A stretch of DNA of 64,000 nt, taken from contig JAHLWZ010000301.1 in assembly GCA_020536535.1 (NCBI GenBank), positions 10,028-74,027 of the forward strand. The letters run 5' to 3'. Each line of letters starts with the position of its first letter. Position 1 is the first letter of the stretch. The notes under the pieces were generated by a model. It was given only the letters and a program-made list of their open reading frames with translations. It did no database searches and was not told the DNA's origin. Position numbers and translations under genes: made by a program. Positions 37,189 to 48,400 of the stretch are shown piece after piece. This DNA is from Pelomyxa schiedti (lineage: Eukaryota > Protista > Evosea).

Positions 37189-38360
37189 TTATTCCTCTTT
37201 TTTCGTTGGTGGATGTTGGCAAAGTTGTTTGGGTTTATGGCAAGCACGCACAAAGTGAGGAAAATCCCGTAGAAGTGCAAATACAACAACGAGGAACAAA
37301 ATTGTATGTACAAGCAGGAGTGGGATTTTGGATTGAGGGATAGGGGAGTTTGGTTGTTGATGCTCAAGAGTTGTGGCAATTTCGACAAGTTGTGAAAGAT
37401 TTGGAATTTTACTGCCGTCACTGGGTCGCTATTTTGAATTTGATAGTTAGGGACAACTCAAAAGTGTAAAAAAAAAACTCACTGCCAATTGGGAAAGACT
37501 GTGCTCATCGTCAAGGATAAAAAGATGAACTTTGGAGAAAATGATGTGCTTCACGCCTTCACATTCTGTATCTACAGCCTTTGGAGTGTCTTTTTGCATT
37601 AACATGTTTAAAAAGTATATTTGGGAGGAACACCATTTGGAAGTAATGCAGTTTTCGCCAAAGCAAATACAGCCTCCTTTGCAACAAGCTGTGGGATTGT
37701 TTGGTTCAAATTGTATTTTGGAATTGACAAACATGATCTCTTGCTCCATATACAACGATGCCAGGGTATGCCTTTGGAATCCATGATCTGTGGGGAAAAA
37801 TCACACTCATTGCAGGAGATAGGATAACATAAGGACCCTTCCAAAGTCCTGCACGAATGTGGTGTAAACAAATACTGTATTTGTGTGTAGTGGTGCCTAC
37901 CTCTTTGTATGAGAATTTGAAGGACAATTGCCCCAAAGGAAGAGCCTTACAAAAGAAATTAATTCCAAAAGCAGAAAGTGTCCACTCACCCACTATGACT
38001 TCAGGTTGAAAACTGCGAATGGCAGCTAATTGCATTTTAATGCACTTAAACAACCTTATAATGCATAAGACAAATGCATTCAGTTTTTGTTTGCTTTGGC
38101 AAAGCCCAAGGTTTGTACCTTGGAGTAGGCATGTCAATAGCATGAAACTGAGGGAAATTGGCACGAAGGTGCTGGCACTTCCATCCTTGCGTCGATCCTT
38201 GGGAAAAAAGTCAAAAAAAAAAAAGAAAAAAAGTACCAAAAGGGGTCTAGTAGCGCCACCTCCAACGAGGTGGCGTTACCATCTCTCAGGTAATAATACC
38301 TTCCAATCCGTGAATGTAAAGCACACGCACATTTTTGTTGGCAGTGGTCGGTGATGACAT
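37189..38360 (-). CDS. Small alpha/beta hydrolase (YqiA/UPF0227-like esterase) with C-terminal TM anchor
   Basis: VLYIHGLE, spliced PEVIVGSSFG (GxSxG), WKGPYVILSPA, VVYGARD, DDEHSL. Tail: LLLVHTILFLVVVFALL. Confidence 0.65.
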
Positions 38361-38435
38361 TTGACGCCGAACTTTGGAACTTTTTTCAAATTCGAAAGAG
38401 AAAACAAAACAAAAAGAAAGGAAGCGAAGTTGCAA

Positions 38436-39203
38436 ATGCACCGAAAACCAGGGGATTGGGTGTGCGCTTGTGGTGTGTGCTAAAAACTTCCCCGTAGTGT
38501 GCCTAATGGTTGGTACAAAGGCGAACTCAATTTTGCGTCGCGGTCCGCGTGCAGGCGATGCCAGACGCAAAAGAGCTTTTCCGCGTCGTCATCGGTGACA
38601 CCGAAGCCTGGGCCAGTGAAGCCTGGCGACTGGAAGTGCTCTTGCTCTGAAATCAATTTTGTGAAGCTTCCCCCACTCATCGACGTACTGTCCTAACACC
38701 GTACTCACCCCCCCAGGCATCGAGGACCGTCTGTAGATTTTGCTTCAAACCTAGTGCGCCTTTCCATCCCCCAATATCTGCCGCTTCTCTTTCTCACTTC
38801 ATCCTAAAGAGCCATCTGACGTACAGTCCTCAGTCGCCGCGTCATCGACGGCGGCATCACCGCCCACTGCCATCGTCCACAAGCCAGGCGACTGGGATTG
38901 TCCTTCGTGCAATGACCACAACTTCGCCGTGAGGGCCGTTTGCAGGTATCATATAATGAATGCATCACCAAAGCAAGCTTAACCCAACAAAAAAACAACA
39001 GGAGGTGCGGGAACCAGCGGCCGCCGCTTCAGACCGACCAGGCCAGTGGTGACTGCGTGGTGTGCTTTGGCAAGGCGGATACAGTCATTGTGGTCTGTGG
39101 CCACCTGGGACTGTGCCAGGGCTGTGCCAATCTGCTCCACGAGTGCCCAGTCTGTAGGGCGCCTTATACCGCAGAGCAGATTGTGAAAGTGTACAGGCCT
39201 TGA
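38436..39203 (+). CDS. RanBP2-type zinc finger (x3) + C-terminal RING (C3HC4) protein
   Basis: KPGDW...NFASRSACRRC, KPGDWKCSCSEINF, KPGDWDCPSCNDHNFA. RING: CVVCF...CGHLGLCQGCANLLHECPVCR. Confidence 0.85.
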
Positions 39204-39438
39204 TGGTTGGATGTGAGAGCAAATCACAAATGTACCGTACATTTTTCCAATGGTTTGATACTCATCTTTTTGTTAGGGGTTGGGTTGGGTTGGGTTGGGT
39301 TGGGTGGGATGGGGGGTTTATGTTACGTTGTTTATCAAAACAAACATTTAATGGTGGGCTTTGTTTCAACACTTTTTAAAAATTTTTTTAGATTTCTTTG
39401 TCCATGCTGAATGTGGGAGCATTTTTAGAAGATTTTTC

Positions 39439-40045
39439 TCACATGCCTGCCTTCAGTTTCTTGAGAACCGCATAGTGCTTCTCTTGGTCAATCACTAGAA
39501 AGAGGTTAGCACCCCAAGCAACAGTGTTGATTCAGGGAACGAGCGAGACATACTAATGTGGCGTATCTTGTCATCAACGCATTCCCATGTGGTAGGGAGC
39601 TCCTCTGTTGCTTCCCACACCTTGTTCCTTATTGCGCGATACCCCTCAATTGAATCTACAAGTCTGATTAGCAAAGGATATAGACTATGGCAACCAAACG
39701 TTGCTCCCAGTTCAGAAACTTGTCTAGGATTTGCCCTACGTTCCCTGGTGAAGGTGGTGCCGCCGGCGTCCTCGTTCTTGTTGAAGGCACGCTCTCAAAG
39801 CCAACCGAGATCATTTTCGTTAGGCAACCAACATGACAAGCCTCTTCATTAGCAAAGCACTAAACAGTTCTGTGAGTTGGTTGGCGAGATACTGACTGTA
39901 ATCTTACCTCAAAGGTACATGCCAATGGAGCATCAGTTGGCCCGCGTAGAACAGCAAGGCACGTTGTATATTCAATCACAGCTGCCCGTTCATCTTCAAG
40001 GGCTGTGTTCAACAAATCAAGGATCTCCTGTTTCTTTGACATCAT
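39439..40045 (-). CDS. Bacterioferritin/DPSL-like ferritin-fold di-iron protein (4 exons)
   Basis: Spliced ILDLLNTALEDERAAVIEY...FANEEACH...WEQHSIEGY...IMIDQEKH shows the four-helix E..ExxH..E..ExxH-type pattern. Confidence 0.75.
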
Positions 40046-40204
40046 TTTTTTTTCTTGCAAGCTCAGATTTTTTTTCCTTTATGGAGAATACGTTCATCGT
40101 GTTTTTAAACCCTCCCGCGCAGGGCATTGCCGTCATTAAAGACACACGGCAACCCAAAAGACTCTTAAATTTGAGCAAAAAGTTACATTTTATTGTTTGT
40201 TATT

Positions 40205-43200
40205 TCAGGGTGTGGACTTGCTTGGGTGGGAAAATCCATGTGATGCCTCGAGGAACAGTTTTTCTTGGAGTATTAGTGAGTGCTGGAAGGTGTGGGTTAC
40301 AAATCGAGTCATACCTCTATCATCATAAAGCTTGATCAGTTCTGTGAGCCTATCTTCTTCAGCAATCAGTTTGTCTTTAAGTTGTGTTGCATGGAACAAA
40401 TCTTCTAGTGTGGCATCAGAAAGTGCTCCTATCTGCAACCACAGAGAAACGTGAGAAGCGGGTTGGACATGTGGGGGAATACCGTTTTGTTGAGCTCAAC
40501 CCAGAGGTTGTTTTGCATTGGAAGAAGGAAGAAATTGTAGAATTTGATAATGGTGTTTGAAGAAATCCGTTCCTTGATGTGCTCAAAGAGCTCTGTAGAA
40601 AGGGTGTACACTTCTTCCGGAGATGCTAGGTTTTGTGTCCCCCTCAACTATACTTTAGCAGAAACTTAAAACTAGCTAAAGGGCACTCACTTGAACATGG
40701 TCAGTTCCAATAAAATGGTGCGGGTGTCATAAAATTCGTCCATACATTGCTGTTTGCATGTAGTGGCAAACGATTCTATCACTTTGTGGCAGAGATCTTT
40801 AACGTAATGCACGTAAAAGGGGAAGTTTGTCGTATTGAAAACGTTCGAGCTTTGGTAATATTATTTAGTACTGAAGGGCAAGATATAGGAATTGAAACCT
40901 GTTGGGTGTCGGTGTGTGCGGAAGTAATTCGTCTTCAGATACATCTGCAAGACGCTTAAGGATGTAAGAGGCCCGCTTAGCCATTTGTGTTATCAAGGGG
41001 ATAAAAGCTTCTTCAGATTTTTGTTTTGCCAGCTCACAGGCCTGAAGCAGACAGTATTAATATATTATATTAATATATTAGGAGACAGAAGAGACAGTGC
41101 CTACCGCCCAAGTAAAGTTGGGTACATCGAGAAGCTTGGGAATTCCTGCTGCTGTTACAACATCATCCCTTGTAATTTTAGGAAGGCTTGTATGCGCGGA
41201 GACTGCTCTAAATTCATCCAACAACCGTTCAAACTGTGATCCACCATATAGCTTATTTTGCCATTGTTTCACACTCCACTCTTGTGGGTCGAAAACAATT
41301 GGCATTCCATTGTTATCAAACCATTGTCCATCCACTGGTACGTTTTAGACCGTGCATTTATTCAAGACAAGATACCTCCACATAGGGCTTTTTCTTGTTC
41401 AAGAGTTTGACCATGGATTTGAGGATGGCCTGTGGCACCAATCAGCATGGAGGAAATTCGCTGGGAAGTTTTTAAAATAAATTGAGTACATAAAAAAACC
41501 AGTGTACCTGCAGCATTGAAATTGCATATGTAGATGCAGTCATCCGCAACTTGCTTGCGTCCAAGTTCTCTACTTCAATCTTGACCTGGGACAGTTGACT
41601 TTCTGTTTCTGTCTTGTGGGAAATCAAACTCTTCAAGAGAGTCGGAGCGCTTGTTTGAAAAACTTTGTTGATGTATGTACGGATATGCTTGATGAAGTGA
41701 GGAAGACCGATGAGAGGTTCGAATCTGAAACACAGTAAGCCACGATACATAACAGAAACAAACTTACTTTTTATCATAGCTCAGTTGTTCGAGTTGACCC
41801 TCATCCCTTCGATATGAGAGGAATAGCTTGAGGTCAAAATCCTCAGATGTGCCGCATTTTTCTCGCATTAAGCGTGGCAATAATGATACGAAGTAGGTCT
41901 TCCAGGTAGCTGGAACTGACGCAAGGTACCGATTCACAGCCGTTCCAGTTTGAAACCTCTTGATTGATTTGAGAACACAAGAAAGGTTCTTACTAGATGG
42001 GAACCATGAGCTGCGGGAAGAAGCGCGTGTTCACTACTACAGTTCTGTCTAATTCTAGGTCCACCTTCTTAATCAATTCAACACCATAATCCTCAAATGA
42101 CAAGCATGGCCTCACAAATACAATCAAACGGTTTTTGGGGGTAATAAGCTAAGACCAACGAGTTATTAAAGGAAGAAAGAAAAAAAGAGGTAGTACCTGG
42201 TTTATCATGGATAGGACATATGGGAAAGAAGAGTCCTCGGGAAGTGGAATGCCGGGTGTGTCTATAAGAGTTGCATCAATCACACTGTGGTGCTCCCATT
42301 GAATGATAATTGGAAGATCGGAAGGCTGCAACTCTTTAGATTCAACAGAAAGGAGGAATTAGTACTTTATTTCGCTTTTCTATTTCATCGGCAAGGGATT
42401 CGATTGGTATTTCCAAGTCACTATCAAATTCGGGGAGGAAGAAATCCCTCTTGATTGTACAACGTACTGTATTGCAGGACTTGTTATTCACGAGATTGAT
42501 GTGAACAGGTCGTTTTGTCCCTGCTGCACAGGAGTAAGGTGATGTAATGAAGGAGAGGCATGCCCTACTTGTTTTGTAAAAAGCCACTTGGCCAAGAATG
42601 GCTTCAATGAGAGAAGATTTCCCGTGACCTTTATGTCCCACAAACACAATTTCTGGCGCTGGCAATGATATATTCAACCTATCAGACGGTGTTACTTACA
42701 TTACAAATGGCGGTGTGATACTGTCTCGAGAATGTGCGAATAACGGAAAAGTTTTCAAAGAGTGACTCGGGGTCAGTGTGGCCAAGTTCAGAAGATGGTA
42801 CGTCACTGGAAAGTATTTTCACTGAATCTAAGAATGAAGACTCTTCTTCATAGTCTTTCGTTTCCGCCTTAAGCAAATAAATAAAGAAAAAACGGGAAGA
42901 GATTCAAACCTCGAGAGTGACAGCAACTTTCATTAGGCCCCTCAACTCCTCTGTTGGAAGAGGCATATTTGGGTATGCCTCCTTCAATGCTTGAATCCTG
43001 GCTTCCTCTGCCAATCTTGCCGCCTCTGCATTAGCGGCAGCTTGAGCTTTCTTTCGTTCAATTTCCAAAGCAGCTGCTTCCGCGTCAGCCTTGGCTTTGG
43101 CTCTCGCCCTTTCCTCAGCCTCAAGAGCTTCCTTTGCAACTCTATCCCTTTCTGCCTGCTCTTGTGCCTTCGCCCGTGCCTCGTCCAATAGGGCTTGACG

Positions 43201-44010
43201 GGCGGCCAGTTCCTTTGCAGCTTGCTCTCTTGCAGCCTGGTCCCTCGCCGCCTTGTCGGCCTCTGCCTGCTCCTTCGCCGCCTGATCCGCCGCGGCCTGA
43301 TCCGCCGCCGCCTTGTCTCTGGCCGCCTGATCCGCCGCGGCCTGATCCGCCGCCGCCTTGTCTCTGGCCGCCTGGTCGGCTGCGGCCTGGTCGGCTGCGG
43401 CCTGCTCAGCTGCGGCTTTGTCCCTCGCCGCCTGGTCGGCAGCCTCCTTGTCCCTCACTGCCTGTTCCGCCGCAGCCTGCTCCTTGGCTGCCTCCTCGGC
43501 CTTGGCGGCTTCGGCTTGCCTCGCGGCTTCCGCGGCGGCCTCGGCCTCTGCCTCTGCCTCTGCCTTGAGCTTGGCCGCCTCGTCCGCGCTCGCGTCGGGC
43601 GGCTGCTCCTTGCTCACCTCGTCCGCCGGCGGCTTGGCGGTGCCGTCGGCCGAGGCGGCAGCAGCAGCAGCAGAAGCCTCCGCGGCCGCGGCGGCCTCGG
43701 CGGCGGCCGCCTCCTCTTTCCTTTTCCTCTTCCTCTCGTCGCGCTCCGCCTTCTCCTGCTTCTGCTTGTCCACCAGCGCGGCCACGCTCAGGGCGAGGGC
43801 CTGGGGGTCTTCGGCCGAGTCCGTGGCGCTCACCTCGGCCACCGACTCGGCGCGGCTGCGCCTGCTGGATCTCCCGGACGTGCTCCTCTGGCTGGGGATG
43901 TCGTCGGTGGTGGCCGCCTGTGGGGTCTCCAGCGGCGTCTCCGACGACCTGCGCGAGCTGTGGCGGCCACTCCTGTGTCGTCTTGTACTGCGGTCTTCCT
44001 CGTCACCCAT
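40205..44010 (-). CDS. Dynamin-like protein of the DRP5/ARC5/Dictyostelium Dlp type with Ala-rich N-terminal coiled coil
   Basis: PAPEIVFVGHKGHGKSSLIEAILG (G1), GTKRP (G2), LIDTPG (G3), KLYGGSQFERLLDEF. The 44010-42909 exon splices in frame to the GTPase exons. Confidence 0.8.
43277..43374. repeat. Perfect 45-nt coding tandem repeat (~2.2 copies) encoding RDKAAADQAAADQAA
   Basis: gccgcctgatccgccgcggcctgatccgccgccgccttgtctctg occurs at 43277 and 43322, with degenerate copies flanking. Confidence 0.9.
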
Positions 44011-44243
44011 CCTTTGCGTATACGGTGTGTTTACCGGACGAGATCTACCCCCTGAAAGGTTATTTTTTTTCTTATGTCTGTTAACTTCTCTTCCCGAAAT
44101 TCTATGTTTCTTTCTGCTTTCCGAGATCTGTTGGCCAGCACAGGGGGTCCCGGCTACTGCCTTGGGTAAAGAACTCGATAAAATACTTTTTGATTCTCTC
44201 TTCTTACTCGGGGCCTCAACGCCCAAGTTGGAAACAGCAAGCA

Positions 44244-47200
44244 TCACCGGCGTTTGCGCTGGCTCTTTTTCGACCTCTTCCTCGCAAAGGCGTTCTCCAG
44301 CTTCTGCCTCGTCGGCCCGGCCTTGTCCATTCCCGGCGCCGAAACGTCGAGCTTGTGCTTCTTCTCGCGCTTGGCTATGGCCCTGATGTTCTCCAGGGTG
44401 GCCTTGACCTGGTCCTCGCCCAGAAGCTGCACAGTGACCATTTTCTTCCCAATCACTACTTTGCCACTGAATGCAGAATCTCCAGGAATGCCCGAAGCAG
44501 AGGACGAGGCTGCAGTAGCCCGAAGGTCGCCCGATTTCTGCGGCTTCTTCCTCTTCTCAGTTGGGTCGATTCCTTTGGCGCGTAGGCGTTTATCTTTCTT
44601 GCTCTCCACAATGGGGGTATCACTGGGCAGGGCGGTTGGTGCGGGCGCTGGCTTGGCATCTGGAGCCGTCAATTCTGGCCGTGGTACGCCTCTGGCATCC
44701 AAAACTAGAGATCGGTCGAGCTTCGCGAGTATAATGCCCAGTTTCCTTTTGGTTGACCTTATTTTGCTATCCACCTCCTTGCGCCTTGCGTGGCGTTGCC
44801 TTTCTTTGTCACTATCATAACCGGTATCCTCTTCTTCTGGGAACTTCTTGTCATCTTCGTCGGAATCGTCGTTCTCCAAATCAGACTCGCTGTGGCTTTC
44901 TGCATCTTTGTCCTCCTCATCTCCATCTTTATCTTCATCTTCGGCATCATCAGCTTCTTCTTCAGGATCTCCATGTAAATTTTTTTTCACCTGCTTTGTC
45001 CATGCTTCTTCGCGGTGCTCTTTTTTTTGCTGGTGCAAGAGCTTGTCCAAATCTGTGGCAGTTTTCAAAGCAGCGTTCATATCGGCAGTGATAACTGCAT
45101 TTTCTTTGGGAAGAGCTGGGATTTCACGCTTAAGCTGCGTGATTATTTTAGAAAAAAATAGGCTCTCGTTCGGGCACAAAAATAGAATACTGGTCCCTTT
45201 CTCACCTATAAAAGTTCAGTGGGAAAAAATTGACATCTATCACATAACCTGCCCTAGCAGTTCTGCCTACACGGTGCACGTACACAGGGAGTGTCTTCGG
45301 GGCTTGAAAGTGGATGACATGACTCACATTTTGCACATCAATACCCCTAGCAGCAATATCGGTAGCAACCAATACGGAGTTAGACGCTTTGCTGAATCTC
45401 TCCAGATTTTTGATGCGTTGCCGCTGTTGCATTGAGGAATGCAACCCATGAGCATCAATGTTCAGTAGGTTGAGGAGTGGGACAAGGCGCCGAACCATAG
45501 AAATGGTATTGACAAATATAAGAGTACGACCAGGATGCTTTTTGATAAAGCTGAAGAGCAAAACACTGGGGAAGAAAATTGAATAGTACTACAAGATATG
45601 GGCGCGACACACTCTTTCTCAGCGGGCATACAAGACTGTTGAAATTCTTGTAGCTGAGATACGGTGAGCTTTTCTGTAGTGACATCTATGACTTCAAATT
45701 TCCGTTGGAAGTCTAAATATTGGTTAACATATTAAATGAAAAGGGAAAAAAGTCTCACCAACTTTATCAAGAAGAGCTTTCAGAGCATTGGAAGTTTCAG
45801 GAGGTGGCACTGCCACTGTTCCATCATCAAGGGTAGTGGGTTTCCTTTTCCGACGGGTAAACTTCGGGACATATGTCAAAGTGGCAGAAAAGATGAAAGT
45901 CTGTCTTAAAATCTAAAAGGAGGTGAGTTCTACTATTGTTTGAAACTTCCTACCGGTTTCAGGGTACCAGACTTCCCTGTGGAATTTAAAAGGCAATCTA
46001 ATATGCGATCAAGTTCGCGAAAGTGCCCCTCTTCAACCATCCTGTCGGCTTCATCAATTACAAACCATCTCAAATGACTCAAATCCCTCAATGGAGAGCC
46101 GGGTGCTGCCATTAAATCCCAGAGTCGACCTTTGAAAAAACATGTGAGAAGGTTGATTAGCATATTTAGGAAGTAACCAGGAGTTGCTACAACGAGTTCA
46201 GGATTTTCGGATAGTAGACGTAGTTGTCTTTGAGAGCTCATTCCACCCACTACAGATATCACCCGCACCCCACTCACAGCTGCCAAAGGGTTGAGGTGGT
46301 GAACAATTTGCATTGCAAGCTCTCGTGTTGGAGATAGCATTAGACCCAGAATGTAATTGCCAATCTCTTCCTTCCCAGAGGCAGTCTCCATGTGACACAT
46401 TAAGTGATGCATTATCGGTATCCCAAATGCTAATGTCTTTCCAGACCCTGTTTCTGCTGCACCTATGACGTCTTTACTGCGGAAATGACTGTTAGAGAAC
46501 AAGGTAAAATAAATACGTAGTTGTAACACACAAGAAATTAACAGCCACAGGAATGCATTTCTGCTGAATTGGTGTCGGGTGGGTAAAACCCAATTTTTGG
46601 ATTCCTTTGAGAACCTTGGGATGGAGACAAAAAGGTGCCCACTCTGAGAGAGATGTGGTATCCACATTCGTGTCTGGTTCATTCTCAGGAGCTTCAGTAT
46701 CCCCATCTTCCGTGTTCTCATCTTTTGTCTCTACTGTAGCTTTTACCTTAGAGGTGGGAATTGCAGGTGGATTTTCACTGCTCTGGGAACATCTCCGTCG
46801 TTTGGGAATAGGTTCCATCTTGAAACTCTCTGCAGGAGAGGATGCGAACTTTTTCTTGTCCTTCAACATTGTTAGATGAATCTAGATTCTGCCGATGCAT
46901 TGACACACCAGGGTGTTACCAGATTTAATTGCATTTATAAGCTTATTATAATCTGCTCCATCTTCCGCCGAGATCTCCGCAAGCCTAACAAATGAGAAAT
47001 TAAGCACACTCTGTACCAGGGCAAAGACCAAAAACAAGCCCAAACAAAACGAAACAAAGAGAACCTTATTGTTGAAAAAACAAACAGGCCATAACGCACC
47101 CCAAAAAACCCTCTGTGCGAGACACCTCATCAGGAACGTCGTCCGGAACTTCGCCTTCGTGCAGATCGCGCTGGGGCTTCCGCTTTCGCGGCAGCGTTGC

Positions 47201-47344
47201 AACGGCCGCCGACGCGGCATTCTTTTTTTTCGTCTTTGCGGTTTTCTCCTTCGCCTTGACCTTGGCCTCCTCCTTCAGCTTCTTCTTGTGGGTAATTACC
47301 CTCTGGATCTGCACAGTGTGCTTCTTCTGCACCTTGCGCGCCAT
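44244..47344 (-). CDS. DDX24: DEAD-box RNA helicase DDX24/Mak5
   Basis: Q motif GFTHPTPIQ, GAAETGSGKTLAFGIP, SPTRELA, VATPGRLWDLM, DEADRMVEEGHFREL, FSAT, ARGID and YVHRVGRTARAG. Confidence 0.85.
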
Positions 47345-47506
47345 CGCCCCGTCTCCACGCCCCTTTTTTTTGGAAAAAAAAAGAGAAACGATTATTGTTT
47401 TTCCCGTGCAGATCTGGACCGTTATAAACGGGAGTGTGCAACTGTCCATTCCAATCTGTTAAGTTCTAAGCGCAGAGATCATAGCAGAGGCACTCACTGG
47501 CGGTTG

Positions 47507-48178
47507 ATGGCGTCGTCGGCACCGTGCGCGGCACCAAAGAGGGTCGTGTTCTCGTGCGCGTCGCAGCCGACGGTGTTCATGTGCGACTGCGGCAACATCC
47601 TCGGCGACAACTCGTCGTTCGTGTGCGCCAACGCGCGCGCCCGCACGATCACGCTGCACAGCGCCCGCAACGTCCTGCTCACGCCCTACTCGTACGACAC
47701 CGACGCCGACCTGCCAATCACCCAGCTCTCAGCCCCCCACTCAGCTTTGACTTCGCCAAATTCAGCAGCAAAAGCAGCGGCGGTTTCGTCTTCAGCTTCA
47801 GCTTCAGCTTCCACCCCGACCGCGACCGCGACCGCGACGTCGTCGGCTGCATCGTCGGCCTCGAAGTGCCAGGACGTCGTGTGCTGCGTGTGCCAGACCG
47901 TGATTGGGCGAGTTTACACCGAGATTGGCCAGATTGGAAGTGGGATTGGGCCTGGGCTTGGGAATGGGGTGGGGGTCGAGGCCGTGGCTTCATCGTCGTC
48001 GACGGACTTGTTGTGGCAGTACACGTTCAGCCTGGACCGCGTGGTGTGCTACTTTCTGCACACCCACGGGGACCTGTGCTCCCCAAAGGCAATGATGCAA
48101 CAGTCTGCTATTGTAGGACACAACTCACAAAGCCACAGCGGGACAGCTCTCACAGAAAACAACAGCGATGGATTTTGA
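47507..48178 (+). CDS. Yippee/Mis18-like zinc-binding protein
   Basis: PTVFMCDCGNILGD...CCVCQTVIGRVY...YTFSLDRVVCY matches the Mis18/Yippee CxxC...CxxC layout. Confidence 0.7.
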   Translation: MASSAPCAAPKRVVFSCASQPTVFMCDCGNILGDNSSFVCANARARTITLHSARNVLLTPYSYDTDADLPITQLSAPHSALTSPNSAAKAAAVSSSASASASTPTATATATSSAASSASKCQDVVCCVCQTVIGRVYTEIGQIGSGIGPGLGNGVGVEAVASSSSTDLLWQYTFSLDRVVCYFLHTHGDLCSPKAMMQQSAIVGHNSQSHSGTALTENNSDGF

Positions 48179-48400
48179 TTGAAATCAGTGGCCCACCGAC
48201 AGACAAACAGGTTCAGAAGATCCAGCGATCGGAAAACGTCATCCCAAATACAGTTCGACGCACCCTGGTTTTGGCTGTCCAAACCAGAACTCCGCTTATG
48301 ATAAGCTCTGAACGAGGATCACCCCCCTTCCACTACAGGGATTTCGACCTTAAAATCAACACCGATTCCATCTGTTCCTTCTTCGTTCTTTTTTTGGTGA

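Noticed and set aside
43134-44820. Long plus-strand ORFs (43195, 43358, 44254)
   Set aside because: Antisense shadows of GC-rich, Ala/Glu/Lys-rich minus-strand exons of the dynamin and DDX24 genes.
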